DNA of 63,932 nt, filler included, from Chiloscyllium plagiosum (Eukaryota), in assembly GCF_004010195.1 (NCBI RefSeq). It is 5 parts of one record of this genome, joined end to end, with 100 filler letters (N's around TTAATTAATTAA, not from the genome) between each part and the next. Parts side by side here need not be neighbours in the genome. Positions count along the whole stretch, not along the records: positions 35,717 to 59,846 come from NC_057711.1; 4 more parts are not named here. One strand, 5' to 3'. The position numbers were made by a program, and so were the translations under genes. Below, one piece after another: positions 36,141 through 49,398 of the stretch. Each line of letters begins with the position of its first letter. The stretch's first letter is position 1. The notes under the pieces were generated by a model. That model saw only the letters and a program-made list of their open reading frames with translations. It was not told the origin of the DNA and ran no database searches.

Positions 36141-36480
36141 GACGTTTGACAACAAAGGTACCTGCAAGTCGACAGAAGTCTTAGTGTACAAAACATTTGT
36201 TGCCATCATGCTACTGCACTTCAGTAAGATTTGGACTGTACCAGAGACACATAAGAGCATTCGAGAAATTCCATTGGCATTGCCTCTGCTGCATCCTGCA
36301 GATTCAGTTGGAGGACTGTCACACAAATGCTAATTTCCATCTAAAAGCCAGGTACACAAAAATTCAGACAAGACTCATGCAAGATCAACTCAGATAGGTT
36401 AGTGACTGAAAATCATCTGATTACCAGATCCTGTTCTCCCAGATCTCATGAGATCAAATTCCTGGAGAGCAAAAAGAGAA
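36140..36480 (+). mobile_element. Degraded RTE (BovB-like) LINE RT C-terminal fragment
   Basis: VYKTFVAIMLLHFSKIWT, then a frameshift to LYQRHIRAFEKFHWHCLCCILQIQLEDCHTN...QLR; resembles RTE VYxAVVxxxLLYGxETWT...LExFHxRCLRxIL.IxWxD..TN...QLRW. Confidence 0.7.
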
Positions 36481-38009
36481 ACACTAATGTTCTCCATGAA
36501 GTGTTTTGACATACAATGATGGGAGAAGCAACTGTCTTTGAAAGTGAAGACAACTCAATCAAGTAAACTTCACACTTTGGGTCCCCCATGCTTTAATAAT
36601 GAGGCAGAGTGGTGGCAGAAACTAAATCCTGTGGCTTAAGATCTACCCACATGAGAAATCCACCTCCCCAAACCACGTTCCCCAAATACCACCACCACCA
36701 ACCCCATCCTATGCCTAAGAATTGTGGGTTCAGCCCTTTCAGACCCAGGAAGACCCACTGCAAAATCTCACCAACATGGGTAGACTATTCTCAAAGTGAA
36801 GTGACTTACTGCTTACAGCTGACTGAGATGACAGACAAAGCATCTTGTGTAACACTTTATGAGGGGGATAAAGGAGAAATTCCAAGAGTCAATCACAACT
36901 CTAGCAGCAGTCAAGTACAACTAGAAATTCTGCCTCTCACTTCATCAGTCTTTACTTTGCCTCTACCAGCCTTGAAATTCAAGGTGGCTACAGCTGCTCT
37001 ATTTTATGTCCTGATTCTAACATACAACTTCAGACCCGAATGTTGGTTAGGCACCAGAACAATCAAAGAAACTTGGGGAATATTTAATTTGCAGACTGTG
37101 CCTCTCAGTCCAGCATACAGCCAGCATTAACCAGCTCGACAAATTGCCTAACATTTACACAGCCAGGTGTGACTGGCTGGGTTCGGAGATCAAATTTCTG
37201 TCTCTTCAAAGCAAAATGAAGTGTCTGTTTTAAAGTAAATAATTCACATCTGTTTATATTACATGTCATTTATATTTGCAAAAAAAAACCCAACTCAGTT
37301 AAGTGGCTGTTCTCTTCAACTCAGATTACACACTTTTCATCTTTCCAGACATATTACAGGTACTTGCAGGAAGTGTCATTTCCTCCATTTCTTTCCCACA
37401 GAGGCCATGAGCGCATTGTCATTGCTAACTTGCTTTTAAATGTTATGTTGCATTCTGATGGGAGCAGGATCTGTGAATAACAGAATGCTGAGGTAAAACA
37501 TTGGTATCTTAGAAGTCGATGGAAGACTTCCTCCATGTGTGGCAGTTTTGTTTGTGTCCATTTTTCACCCTGCAGCACATTTTTGCCTGGATCCAATTGT
37601 GTTGGTTCATCAGTTTAATAAATCCGGAATAGTTTTGGTCTCCTTCGTAGGCAATCAGAACACTCCCAGTGGGTCTTGTAGGTGGTCAGCTCATGTATAA
37701 CTGGATAAGGCATTTGCTCCGATGGGTTTGGGATTCTGTCAAATATTAAAAGAACAGCTGACTCCAGATTACTTACAACCACAACTTTTATTTATAAGCT
37801 GCTGTTATCTTAAGTAACATCCTAAAAGTATTTCATGCAATAAGAACATAAGAGAAGCTGAAGATTTGAGACAGACCTGAAGGAAGATTGGTCAGAAAGG
37901 CAGACCATGAGGAATCTTTTCTAAATTGATAGGAGGCTTCAAAGACTGCAATTTAGGAAAGGGGCTTACTACATACTTCTGTGGTTCACCTGACTGGGAA
38001 ACAAGAGAT

Positions 38010-38653
38010 CAACTCATATCACCATGGCCATTGCTGTATAGTGAGTGTTATTGTAAAATGCACAATAGAGGATTCACTTTCATGCTGATGGTCTATTGAT
38101 TACATGTCATCAAATATTTCACACGTTGAGCACTTTTTTTGAAGGTTATTAGCAATTATTAGCTCAGAAATCTTGGTGGTCATTCTGCTTCATTCATGTC
38201 CAACAAATAACAAAGGGTGGAGAGCCTGTTTGTCCATGGAGGGTTTTTGGGCAACTTGTTTTCTGTAGATTTACGGAAATGACCAAAGCGCACTTGAATA
38301 TTTGCCTCAGTTTGGACTGTCCAATATTTCAGGAGTAAATGGGGCAATTGTGTCACCCCAAATGAACAGAACGAACCTGATTGCTACCTTCTACTTAATG
38401 TGTTAACGTTGAAAACCTACTTCTCCAAAGCAGGACTGAGTGAAGCCCAAGAGAAACATGTCTACCTGAGGGTGACAGTCCAGGGAGCAGTGAGCTACAA
38501 ATTGAAGCAGTGCCCATAGAATAAGTCCCATTGGTTACCCAGACTGCAGGTAGGCCCTTCAATCAATGGACCATCAGCATCAAAGTGAATCTTACTCTGT
38601 GCTCTTTACAGCAATGGTCGCTATATGGCAGTCAGCATCGGGGAGATGAGTTG
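38010..38653. repeat. Imperfect inverted repeat with arms of about 92 bp and a spacer of about 460 bp
   Basis: 38010-38101 versus the reverse complement of 38561-38653; core GATTCACTTT.ATGCTGATGGTC.ATTGATT. Confidence 0.8.
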
Positions 38654-41600
38654 GTCTTCGGAAGGCGATCTATGGGAGTGTGCATGTGCGTTAGTTGTTA
38701 AATGGCAGACTACTTGAAGGAACAGGCAGGGAACGAGATTTCAATGCTTTGACGGGTCCTCGTTAAAACTATTACTTCAGTGCTCAGTGGAAAAACAAAT
38801 AAAACTTTCAGACATCATGACATGAACCTGAGGAGGTAATATTGTAGTTAATTAGATTGGATCTGCGGTATTGTGTTGAGTTCTGGTCTCGATTACAGGA
38901 AAGGTGTAGAAAGTAGTGAGATAGGATCTTTACTGAGAAACTGATGCTTGCAGTTAGTAAAGTTTAATAGCTGCTTAAAAGGGGCCAGTTCACTTTTTTT
39001 GTGAATATGGAAAGGTTAGAATCTAAATATACCTCTGTCAGGCACAGGATTCACATTCAGAGGACACCACTTAAACCTAAATGTGCCAAAAGGAAATAGG
39101 AAAGTATAACAAATTTCTATTTTGAGCAAAAGGATAACAGAATTGTGAAACAGGAGAAAAGTAGCAATTTTTCTTTGGACTGGAGAAATTCCTGTCCAGC
39201 TATGAGATACCCTCCTATTAGTTCCGGACTCTCAGTAAAGAAACAGATGGTGGATTAAGGCATGCCTTTCCTGCTCAGCCCATTATTCTGTTATCATATA
39301 TCAGAACCCTTGCTGACCCTTTTGCTGAACCGTGATGCTGAGCCTTTATAATGGGAGCTCAGACAGAATCCATGGAACGAACTAGAAAGAATAGAGCTCC
39401 AGTCAGTGATGAGTTGAATTTTAGGCCATTTGTGCAACTTACAATTATGGTAATGCATATCCACTTCTTAACATGGGTGAAATTGCACACGCAGCTGGTG
39501 CTACATGGAACTGGGTTCCCATCCCCAGCCTGGACAATGGGGTTGATTTTCCCCATAAGGTTAGGTCTGATATTTCCAGGTGGGTTCTGTTTACTCAGTA
39601 TGTTGAGATAGAGAAAGTACTTCACAAAGTGGCATATTATTTTTCAAAAGGCCAGTTGGTAGGAAGTCTTATATATCCATCAGAGACAATTCTATTATAT
39701 CAAGTTTGTAACCAGTGCATCAAGTGTTTGTGTACATGCAATGCAAAGACTGCACATCTTATTTGAAGGCATTGTGTTACACTGCAAATTGTTTTGCAAT
39801 CTATTTAACAAGAAATATAGCTTCACAGTTGTGTGGTCATTTCCCTTCCATGATTTGGCAATGTCAGTACTTATTGTGGTCCCTCATTTCAAACTTTGAG
39901 CTTTGACTTGTGTATCGCACCATTGTGTGGAAAACCTCTCGATACAGTACAGGACTCCAGACAAGTTCCCAAAGAGGTGATAAGTGAGAGAGCGCTGAAG
40001 AATAAAGGCCGCCGCTGTCAGAGATGAGTGAGGGGTCTGCTTGGCCTATTTGTTATGATTATAGAGTCAAGAGACCTTGTGGCATTATGGCATATTTGCT
40101 GCAATATTATCACAACCTATAAAGGGGTAGTTTGGCATGACAGACTGCCGTAAACCTGCTGTCAACTATGCAGAGTTGAAGAGGCCAAAGATGTCACTGT
40201 CTTATTTAAGGAACCTGACAACCTTTTTGACTGACAAAGATCTAGGACCAATGTCTCTGACATTTGAGCGCAAATGTCATGAAAGAGCTTTGCTTGCCCT
40301 GTGAATGACACTCAATAAAATATGTGTGAGCAGCCAGAGCCCATTGTGATTGAATTAGGCCAGGGCAGCTGATAAGACCAGAGCACGTCCAACCTGAGGC
40401 TATACTTGCTAATCTCTTGTAGAAGAAGAATGCATAGGTTTACAGACTATAATGGATGACAAGCAAATCCCTCCAGGAAGCTGGGATTGCTTCAGTGAAT
40501 ATTTTACTGTGCACTTAGAAAAACTTTGAAGATAAAATCAGCAAAAATTTAAACACGCAGGTCATTTCCCGGAACAATATTTTTGAAGCTGACCTTCCTT
40601 CTAATTGGCTAGTTTGAGTTTAAGGTCAGGTTCATCTGCACAAAATCAAAATAGTGGGGAGCATTGCTTTCAAAGGCGTAAACACGAAGAAAATGCATAC
40701 GAGTGATATGTTAAAAAATGAGAATGTGTGAAATTGTTTGATGGTTGAATCATAAACCATTACTTCATTTATTTTCTTCACTTATGAATCAATCTCAATG
40801 TCGTGATTTTGTGAACAAATTTCCCTGTGTTAAAAGCAAACAAAAAGCACCTTCTATTGCGCTCATCTCCCAATCACCATAGAAAAATATTTTCTTAAAT
40901 TTGGAAAACAGGGTAATCCTCATAACACAAACTCAAACATGGAAATAAATCAAATCTGGAAAACAAAACACAGCACATTTTGTTATAAAAATAGTCCTAC
41001 TTGAATACAAGTGTGTTTTTCTTACCATCCTTCAGAAAATGCCACTGAAAATCAAATGGGCCTCTTTCTGAGGAGGCAGGATACTTTCCGTTCAGAATTC
41101 GCTGTGATCTCTGCCAGTGACACTTCAATGAGATTAAAAAAGGAGGCCCACCAAAAGCCTGATCATGCCACTGAGGGAGAACGTGATTGGAGAATTCATG
41201 GCCACCTCGTGGGGAGACCCATCATCACTGAGTTGGTTGAATGTCAGCTGTGGGTTTGGGGGATGTGAGCTGTGTCCTCAATCAAGACAAATCCCACTGC
41301 CTGAGATTGATTAGAAACTCAACAACTGAAGCTGGGGTAGCAGAGTTGAAAGTATTTGCACTTTAGCTTTATATAATATACAGAAGGTATCAAACAAATC
41401 ATTCCTCTGGATTTTGGCTCCCAGCTCTGTTTTGAACACATTCTGGCTCTGAGATAAAATTCGGTGCACGCTTCACTGCCAAGCGCAACAGACATGGAGA
41501 TAACTGATCAGCTTTATCTGGGCATGAATTGACTTCATTAACTGTAACTCCATGTTGTATTAACATCATTGTCCAACTCACATAAGTGTCCAAGTCAAGA

Positions 41601-43224
41601 ACTGACAATGCTGGATGCGCTCAGCTGGTCACAGAAAACGGAACAGAGGAGTTCACAGTTCGGGTGTGGACCTTTGCACTGCAGATACTGCAAGAGTATT
41701 TCTCACATGTTCTATTCTTGTTTCAGATTTTCAGCATCTGAGTGTCGTTATTTTCTTTTTCGTACATTGAAACCCCTTCTGAATAGTGTGCTGCTTGTTT
41801 TCTTTTCCATATTTCTGTTGGAGTTACCTCAAATGTATAGCACTAAATATTTTTGAAGCAGCATCAGACGTTATGTCAGGAGGTTATGTTTAATGGTTGA
41901 TTTATCCCAATTAGCCTGTTTACATGGGGACAAGTTCATAAATTAACACTTCCAGCCAACATTTTGCCAGAAGAGTGACTACTGGATTATGCTGAGGCCA
42001 ATGCATCCTGTCTGGTTTTCCATTTTGATGACTGCATGGAAATCCCTGAGATAACCCAAACCTGTTATCTCAATGTTCCCTGTGTCACGAGGACTAATTT
42101 GTGAACAAAGATAGTCCTCGATATAAATGGCAGGAAAAAATGTCTACATACAGTTAGATCTGATTTTTGTTCTCCTACTTGCAGTAAGGAGTCTTCCCTA
42201 AAGCGTTTTATGCCAAGAATTGAAGGGACAATTGAAAACGAATTCAGAGAGCTATTTCTTTTACAACCTGCACCCTCAAAACATTGCAAACCACTCCCCC
42301 ACCCAAAACATTCCTCCTCACAATTTGCAAATCATTCCCTCGCTGCACAGGCTAACATTAGCAATGATACTTCCAATGGACCAAAGTCTAAATCAAGTGC
42401 TCAACCATCATACGTGAACATTATTAATGCGAGAAAACTGTTTGACCATGGAAGCCACTTGCAGCTCAATCTCTCACCTGTTTTCCAGCAGAGCTTACAG
42501 ATCTGAATGACCTGCCCAGCTCAGAGCAGGTGTCATGCTGCAGCCTAGAATTTAAACCTGGGCCCTTCCTCGTGTTCTCAAGTCGCTCACTCATTCATAT
42601 TAGAAGAGCCTTGGCCACATTACTTTATTGCAAATGACTTCATATGCAGTTACTACAAAGAGCTTTTTTAGCATTTTTGAAGTAATTGATACAGGATTTT
42701 GCAAGCATTATTTTCTTGATGCACTTGTCAGAATTCTACATGCTGTGTATTTGGATTGAAACTCATTGCAATGATCCCCAGGATATACTTTTAGTTGATG
42801 AGATGAAGAAATAGCACTCATTGTCGGAGATAGAGTTTGGAATGACATCATCCAATGTGCGTCAATTATTTATATAGCGTGTGAGAAGACGTCTTGAAGA
42901 TACGGTTTGCAAGTTAACAAATCTACAATGTGTGAATGTGTTATTATTGCAACAGAGTTGACAAATACTTCCGTACCCCATCCATCACCACACATAATGA
43001 TGCCTGTGAACTTTCTTACTGAAAGTTTATTGAGACTCAGATCACCTCACAAAGCAAAGAAAGTAGAAGAGGGACAATGTTTGCCAAATTACACCAATCC
43101 ACTGGAGTACAGTATTGATCGCATCAGAGGGCCAAACTGTAGTTGGAGTGCCCTCATAAATTGAGTGTTGAGAAGGGAATGATGGACTCACCCTGTGTCA
43201 AATTCTCACCTTGTACAATAGAAA

Positions 43225-43426
43225 AGGTGAAAGTGAAAACTGCAGATGCTGGAGATCAGAGTCTAGAGTGTGGTGCACCTCGCAACATGCGAGGTGCAAG
43301 AGAATTGATGTTTTGGGCATAACATCTTTATTCTTGATGAAGGGCTTATGCCCGAAACGTCAATTCTCCTGCTCCTCGGATGCTGCTGGACCTGCTGTGC
43401 TTTTCCAGCACCACATTTTTCAACTC
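43225..43426. mobile_element. Fold-back PLE-terminus element (family A) with a hammerhead remnant
   Basis: TTGATGA A GGGC TTAT GCCC GAAA CGTC at 43334-43361, preceded by a decayed inverted arm. Confidence 0.75.
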
Positions 43427-43904
43427 TAGAAAAGGTGGTCAGGCATTGGAGGGTGTGTAGAAAAGCACAAGCCAAACTGACACCATGTCCAAGACATCTG
43501 ACCTACGAGCAGACGCGAAGGGTCTTGAATGATTTACTGTAAAGAAGATAATATTAAACATGCAAATGTAAGAACTGGGAGGAAGAGCAGACCATTTGAC
43601 CCTTGCACCTTGTTCCATCATTGGATAAGATCGTGGTGAATCTCCCACCTCAGTGCTCCTGACCAAGTCCAGTAAGTCCCAATGTATTCAGAAGAGAAGA
43701 AGAAGTGAGAAGATTACTGAAAAATAGTCTATCGGAATATTTTGCAGCATGCCAACTCCTGTGATCTCAGGACTGTGCCAGATCTTTAAATGTATAAGCA
43801 TTAATTATCAGTGTTGTAATCTAAAACAGTTGATTTAATTCTTTAGTTGAGAAGAGTGTTCTTCTTGGGGGTGATTTTGTCGGTAAGTTTGTTAGAAACT
43901 CGAT

Positions 43905-44100
43905 CAGAAGTCACACAATAAAAGGTTATAGTCCAATAGGTTTATTTGAAATCACAAGCTTTCAAAGTGCTGCTCCTTTATCAGGTGAAGTGGGCCATGC
44001 TTTGGAAGCTTGTGATTTTAAATAAACCTGTTGGACTGTGACATAGTGTCGCGTGACTTCTGATTTTGTCCACCTAGCCCAACATCAGCACGTCCACAAC
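43905..44100. mobile_element. Fold-back of two Neptune-like pLTRs
   Basis: AGAAGTCACAC...GTCCAATAGGTTTATTTGAAATCACAAGCTTTCAAAG versus CTTTGGAAGCTTGTGATTTTAAATAAACCTGTTGGAC...GTGACTTCT. Confidence 0.75.
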
Positions 44101-44129
44101 ATTGAAAACCAGGGATTGCCCATCACCAG

Positions 44130-44260
44130 GGATTCCTGAAGAAGGGCTCATGCCCAAAACGTCGATTCTCCTGCTCCTTGGAAGGTGCCTGACCTGCTGC
44201 GCTTTTCCAGCAGCACATTTTCAGCTCTGATCTCCAGCATCTGCAGTCCTCACTTTCTCC
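44130..44260 (+). mobile_element. Solo family A PLE terminus beginning at the hammerhead
   Basis: ATTC CTGAAGA A GGGC TCAT GCCC AAAA CGTC GATT... ending CTGCAGTCCTCACTTTCTCC. Confidence 0.8.
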
Positions 44261-45944
44261 TTGCACTTATATTCAGTCAAGAGACTTACTTGTTGTGCTG
44301 ACATCTCACCATAATTTGTTCCAATCTGATCTTCTGAGCAGGTAACAACATTGTTCTCTTTATGAATTGAATTAGCTTTATGTCACATATACTCAAATGA
44401 GTACAGTGAAAAGTTTATAGGTCACCACTTACAGTGCCATCTTAGGTAAAAAGGTACCTTAGTTTAGCTTCTTCAGTGACAGAATAGTGACAGTGTAACA
44501 ATGCCACCAATACATTGTGCTTTCTTTGGTACAGTGCTACCTCAGTACAATCCTTAGTTACAGAATAGAGAAGTGAAGAGACAAAAGTTGCATTACAGCT
44601 ATACACAATTTAACCATAGGTCAGAAAAACATGAAGCAAAGATGAAAAGACAAACATCAAAGTTCCTCTCCAAGGCTGTCCACAGCAGACCAGCATAGCA
44701 GGCCTCCATGTCATCAGAGCACTGGGCACTGGCTGCCACCAAGCTCCGCACTGGGCTGCTGGTCGCTGGCATCCCCTCTTTGGAACACTGACCCCCACTT
44801 TGGAGGCTGAGAGTTGGAGGCTGTAGCCGTTGTTCAAGGCCAAGAGAAAAAAAGGAGAAAGAAAGAAAAAGACCAGACGGAGTGGATGAGCTCTGGCTTG
44901 AGCGTCCTACTCTGTCGCCTTCCTACTGCAATCTGATTTGATTTATTGTTGTCACATGTCCCTAAGTACAATGAAAAGTTTTGGTTGTGACTATTCTTAT
45001 GGGGTTTTACTGGAGACTTGTTGGTTTCAGTGTCCCCTAGGATCCATGGCATGTTCTCTAAACTGCATATTTTCCTTCAGTCACCAAAGGATTCAATGGA
45101 AAGGCCCATCACTGTACTTCAGATGAGTGGCTTTGTTATGTGATCCAACTGCTGCATAATGTGCCTCGGCCTTCAGAGTACAGATTATAAACACTCCATT
45201 AGACTACGGCTTCAGCTATAGTCTGCCAACACGATTTATTAAAGAGTGTGTGGATGAGCGAACAAAAGCAATGACATGTTGTTAGTTTTCAGTAATTACT
45301 GGCATAACCATCTCTTTTTGGAAAGTAAAAAATAATAAACAGTTGCACCTGCTCTACTGAGCTGCAGTGTTAACTGGACATGGCACAGATTGAACTTGGC
45401 ATGGCCTTTTGCCTTCAACAAGGTATTTGTACCTGAGGAAGCAGTGTTTTTGTTCTCTCCCGTAATGTAAGAACTAGACATGAGTACTGAAACACTGAAC
45501 AATTCCATAGAGGCTTATTACAATGCTTTATAAATACATTTCTTAGCGGCATACGTACTTCAGTGTCTGGGCTGGACCGAGCTGTTTGGTTACAAACAAC
45601 AGCATGTTTCCATCAGTGTGTCATGCTTTTAGTGTCCCCAGTATGGATGGAGACCCAAAGAGCATAGTCTATGAAATGATAATGTCCCTTGAAGGTTGGC
45701 TAGCTCACTTGACTGGATGGCTAACTTGTGATGCAGAGTAATGCTAACACACCCTGCACTGATTAAATGATAGATTCTCCTTCACAGCCTCTCCGCTTGC
45801 ATGGTGACCTTCAGGTTAAACCACCAGCAGCCTATGGCCTGGCAGGATGACAGTATCTTTACTTTACTCCATACCCGACTGTGAGACATGACATTCAGTT
45901 GTCCAAGAGCTTCTTGGTGGGTAACTTTGCCAGAAGAGCAGTGA

Positions 45945-46592
45945 TGACACAGAGGCATAGAATTATATGGCATGGAAACACACTTCATTCCGACTCGTCC
46001 ATGCCAACCAGATATCCCAACCTAAACTAGTCCCATTTGCCAGCACTTGGCAAACCTTTCCTATTCATATACTCATCCAGATGCCTTTTAAATGCTGTAA
46101 TTATACTAGCTTCCACCACTTCCTCTGGCAGCTCATTCCATACATGCACTTCTGTGTGAAAATGTTGACCCTTCGGTCCCTTTCAAATCTTTCTCTTCTC
46201 ACCTTAAACTATGCTGTCTAATTTTGGACTTCCCCATCCTGGGAGAAAGGCCTGGGCTTTTCACCCTATCTATGCCCCTCATGGTTTTATAAACCTCTAT
46301 AAGGTCACCCCTTTGCCTCCAGTACTCCAGAGAAAATAGTCTCAGCCTATTCAGCCTCTCCCTATAGTTAAAACCCTCCAACCCTGGCAACATTCTTGTG
46401 AATCTTTTCTGAACCCTTTCTAGTTTCACAACATCCTTCACATAGCAGGGAGACCAGAATTGAATGCAGCATTCCAAAAGTGGCCTAACCAATGTCCTGT
46501 ACAGCTGCAACATGACCTCCTAACTCCTCTACTCAAAGCACTGACCAATAAAGGCAAATATATCAAATGCCTTTTTCACCAGCCTGTCTACC
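45945..46592 (-). mobile_element. CR1 LINE 3' fragment
   Basis: MLQLYRTLVRPLLECCIQFWSP...LERVQKRFTRMLPGL...RGDLIEVYK. Confidence 0.9.
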
Positions 46593-46861
46593 TATTGTGA
46601 TAGTGGCAGACTGAGAACCTTTCCAAGGAATCTTCCCTGTCATGGTTTCTGAATACACATGTTTACTTCGTGATCTGGTTTTTCTGTTCCTGAGCTTTCA
46701 TGTCCTCACTTTGGCCCAGCTTATCCCAGCTGGAAAGCTTCTCAATGATGAACCAATTTGAAAATCTGGGTGAGAAATTTCCAAAAACAGATCCGAGCAT
46801 AATAAGTGTTAAGGAAGGTGCTGCCCAAAGTATCAGCCTGGCTCGGTGTAACATTCGTACA

Positions 46862-47068
46862 AAAGCAGGATACGCACAGTTGGCCAAGCAGCATGCGAGG
46901 AGCTGGAAAGTTGACATTTTGAGCATAAGCTTTTCACCAGGAATTTGAAGAGCTTATGCTCGAAATGTTGACTCTCCTGCTCCTCAGTTACTGCCTGACC
47001 TGCTGTGTTTTTCCAGCACCACACCCTTCGACTCTGATCTCCAGCATCTGCAGTCCTCACTTTCTCCC
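46862..47068. mobile_element. Fold-back PLE-terminus element (family A)
   Basis: Centre ACATTTTGAGCATAAGCTTTTCA CCAGGAATT TGAAGAGCTTATGCTCGAAATGT, with inverted flanking arms. Confidence 0.75.
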
Positions 47069-47971
47069 AAAAAAAGCAGGATCGTACTGACTCCTTGAAT
47101 AAGCATGAGCAAAAGCCAGAAAAACACAGTAGATCAGGCAGCATCTGTGGAGTGAAATAATTATTGTTTCAAAGGTAGTCGACAATAGCCTGAAACATTC
47201 CGCTGTTTCTCTCCCCAGTGATTTAACAATGCCTGCCTCCCCTCTTGCTTGAAATAACAGGTAACTATTTATCACTTTAAAAACAAATACTTTGTCGCTG
47301 GTGAAGTGCTCTGGGAAGTCACAAGGATGTGAAAATGAAAAGCTGCCAATCATGTGGCAAAACCCATTGGATGCTTGACGTTCAATTGAATGCTGCAGCC
47401 TCTCCATCAGATTCTTGGAACTGAAATAATATCAGTTCTTGTTCTTATGCGTCGCAGTGCATGCTGTGCATTTTCTTTGAGTAAACTTATCTTTTAACTA
47501 CAAATGTAGCACAACAAAAAGAAATTAGTGTTCAACTCCATCATAGGCATAAATAACATCATCATTATTACAGTAATTTGCTCTCGCTTTGACCCCCTTT
47601 GAAGAACATAGGTAATTTGTGAACTTCTGCATGCCTGATTTATTTAAGAGTATATAAATTAATGTTCATCTTCAATAGCTCTGTGGGTCAAGAAAGAAAT
47701 GATTGAATTGTCCACATCGAATTCTATCATTAGCCAAAAGGGGAAGATATATCCAGCACATATTGCATAGATTCCTGCTGTAGGGTTTCTTTCTTGGTGC
47801 CTGCTGTGCAGTTTATTAATCAGCTGAAGCTTTGTTGCATAAAGTGATGTCGACTGTATGATTGATTTGTTCTGAAATATAATTTGTTGTACATTTGGTA
47901 TTTTCGGTTTTGAGTTCGGACCATGTCGGATTCATGTGAGTCTGAAGTCAATACTTGTAAGTTTTTCAGTC

Positions 47972-48518
47972 GGAGAAAGTGAGGACTGCAGATGCTGGAG
48001 ATCAGAGCTGAAAAATGTGTTGCTGGAAAAGCGCAGCAGGTCAGACAGTATCCAAGGAGCAGGAGAATCGACATTTCGGGCATAAGCCTTTCTTCAGGAA
48101 TGAGGAGGGTGTGCCAAGCAGGCTAAGATAAAAGGTAGGGAGGAGGGACTTAGGGGAGGAGCGTTGGGAATGCGATAGGTGGAAGGAGGTCAAGATGAGG
48201 GTGATAGGCCGGAGAGGGGTGGGGGCAGAGAGGTCAGGAAGAAGATTGCAGGTCAAGAAGGTGGTGCTGAGTCCAAGGGTTGGGACTGAGATAAGGTGGG
48301 GGGGAGGGGAAATGAGGAAACTGGAGAAATCTGCATTCATCCCTTGTGGTTGGAGGGTTCCTAGGTGGAAGATGAGGCGCTCTTCCTCCAGGTGTCGTGT
48401 TGCCATGGTCTGGCATATCCTTGGCGGAGTGGGAGGGGGAGTTAATGTGTTCAGCCACAGAGCGGTTGGGTTGGTTAGTGCGGGTGTCCCAGAGGTGTTC
48501 TCTGAAACGTTCCGCAAG
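47972..48518 (-). mobile_element. 5'-truncated Penelope-like element (GIY-YIG C-terminus, 3' UTR, decayed hammerhead)
   Basis: AEHINSPSHSAKDM and TRHLEEERLIFHLGTLQPQGMN; minus strand CTGAAGA AAGGCTTATGCCC GAAATGTC at about 48070-48097. Confidence 0.88.
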
Positions 48519-48519
48519 T

Positions 48520-49316
48520 AGCCATTCTGACTTCTTTTGAAGCAGTTTTTGAGACCTAACTTTAGAATTACTGAATCTTTGTACATTAATAGGGTTTTGA
48601 TAAACAAGATAAAGAAACTCCAGTTTAGAAGGTCAGGAGACGTCATTTTTAATCTTAAGGGAAACATCCATAGCTTAGCAAGAGAGAGATTTTTGTTTCA
48701 AAGTTTTAAGCAACCTTTTCAAATCCTTTGATGAAGATGCTCTTGTAAAGGGAAAGATATAGTAAAACCAGACTACCTGAGAGTAAAGAGTTAGTGTTAA
48801 CCCCAGACCATAAACATTGGGACAAAGCCCGAAAGAGATTACTTAATCATTTATGGTCATGTACATGAGTAGCATCAGGAAGAAGCTATCTGTAATTCCA
48901 GTGACTCAAATCTGTTGAGGTCGGGACTAAGGTGTGAACACTGTAGAAATGTTTTAGTTTTTTTTGTACAATACAAGGTGTGTTTTAGGGGACTATACAA
49001 GACCTTTGGTACTACACAAAAGCTTTTTTGTTCAATTTACAAAGGAGTATTTTGGGACTAGTGCGATGCAAGTGCTACTCCATTTAAAAATATTTGAATC
49101 TGTGTTATAAGTAGCTTTGTTTATTCCATTTAATCTTTTTTTTGTTAATAAACTTCTATTTATTGTTAAAGCAAACTCTGCAGCATTGTGTGCTTATGTA
49201 TCAACAAGAGACCTTTTTGTTAAAGCCAAAACAAAAGAAAAAGTGTGAGCTCTCAAGCCAGGTTTCAGGCTGGGATCTGACTTGTCCCAATAATAACATC
49301 AGCTAGGATTGTGACA
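48520..49316 (+). mobile_element. Probable LTR remnant (3' part)
   Basis: AATAAA at 49147; terminus CAGCTAGGATTGTGACA is an inverted match to TGTTATGATCCCAGC at 58659. Confidence 0.4.
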
Positions 49317-49398
49317 AAATCCACTGTGATGCAGTTTTTCTGTGTCGATCTTTTCACTTTTTCACTACTAAGTGTTCACATGGATTGGCAGAACACCC

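Noticed and set aside
36609..37130. 173-aa ORF in non-repeat-looking sequence
   Set aside because: Non-ATG start, no recognisable domain and no convincing flanking splice sites.
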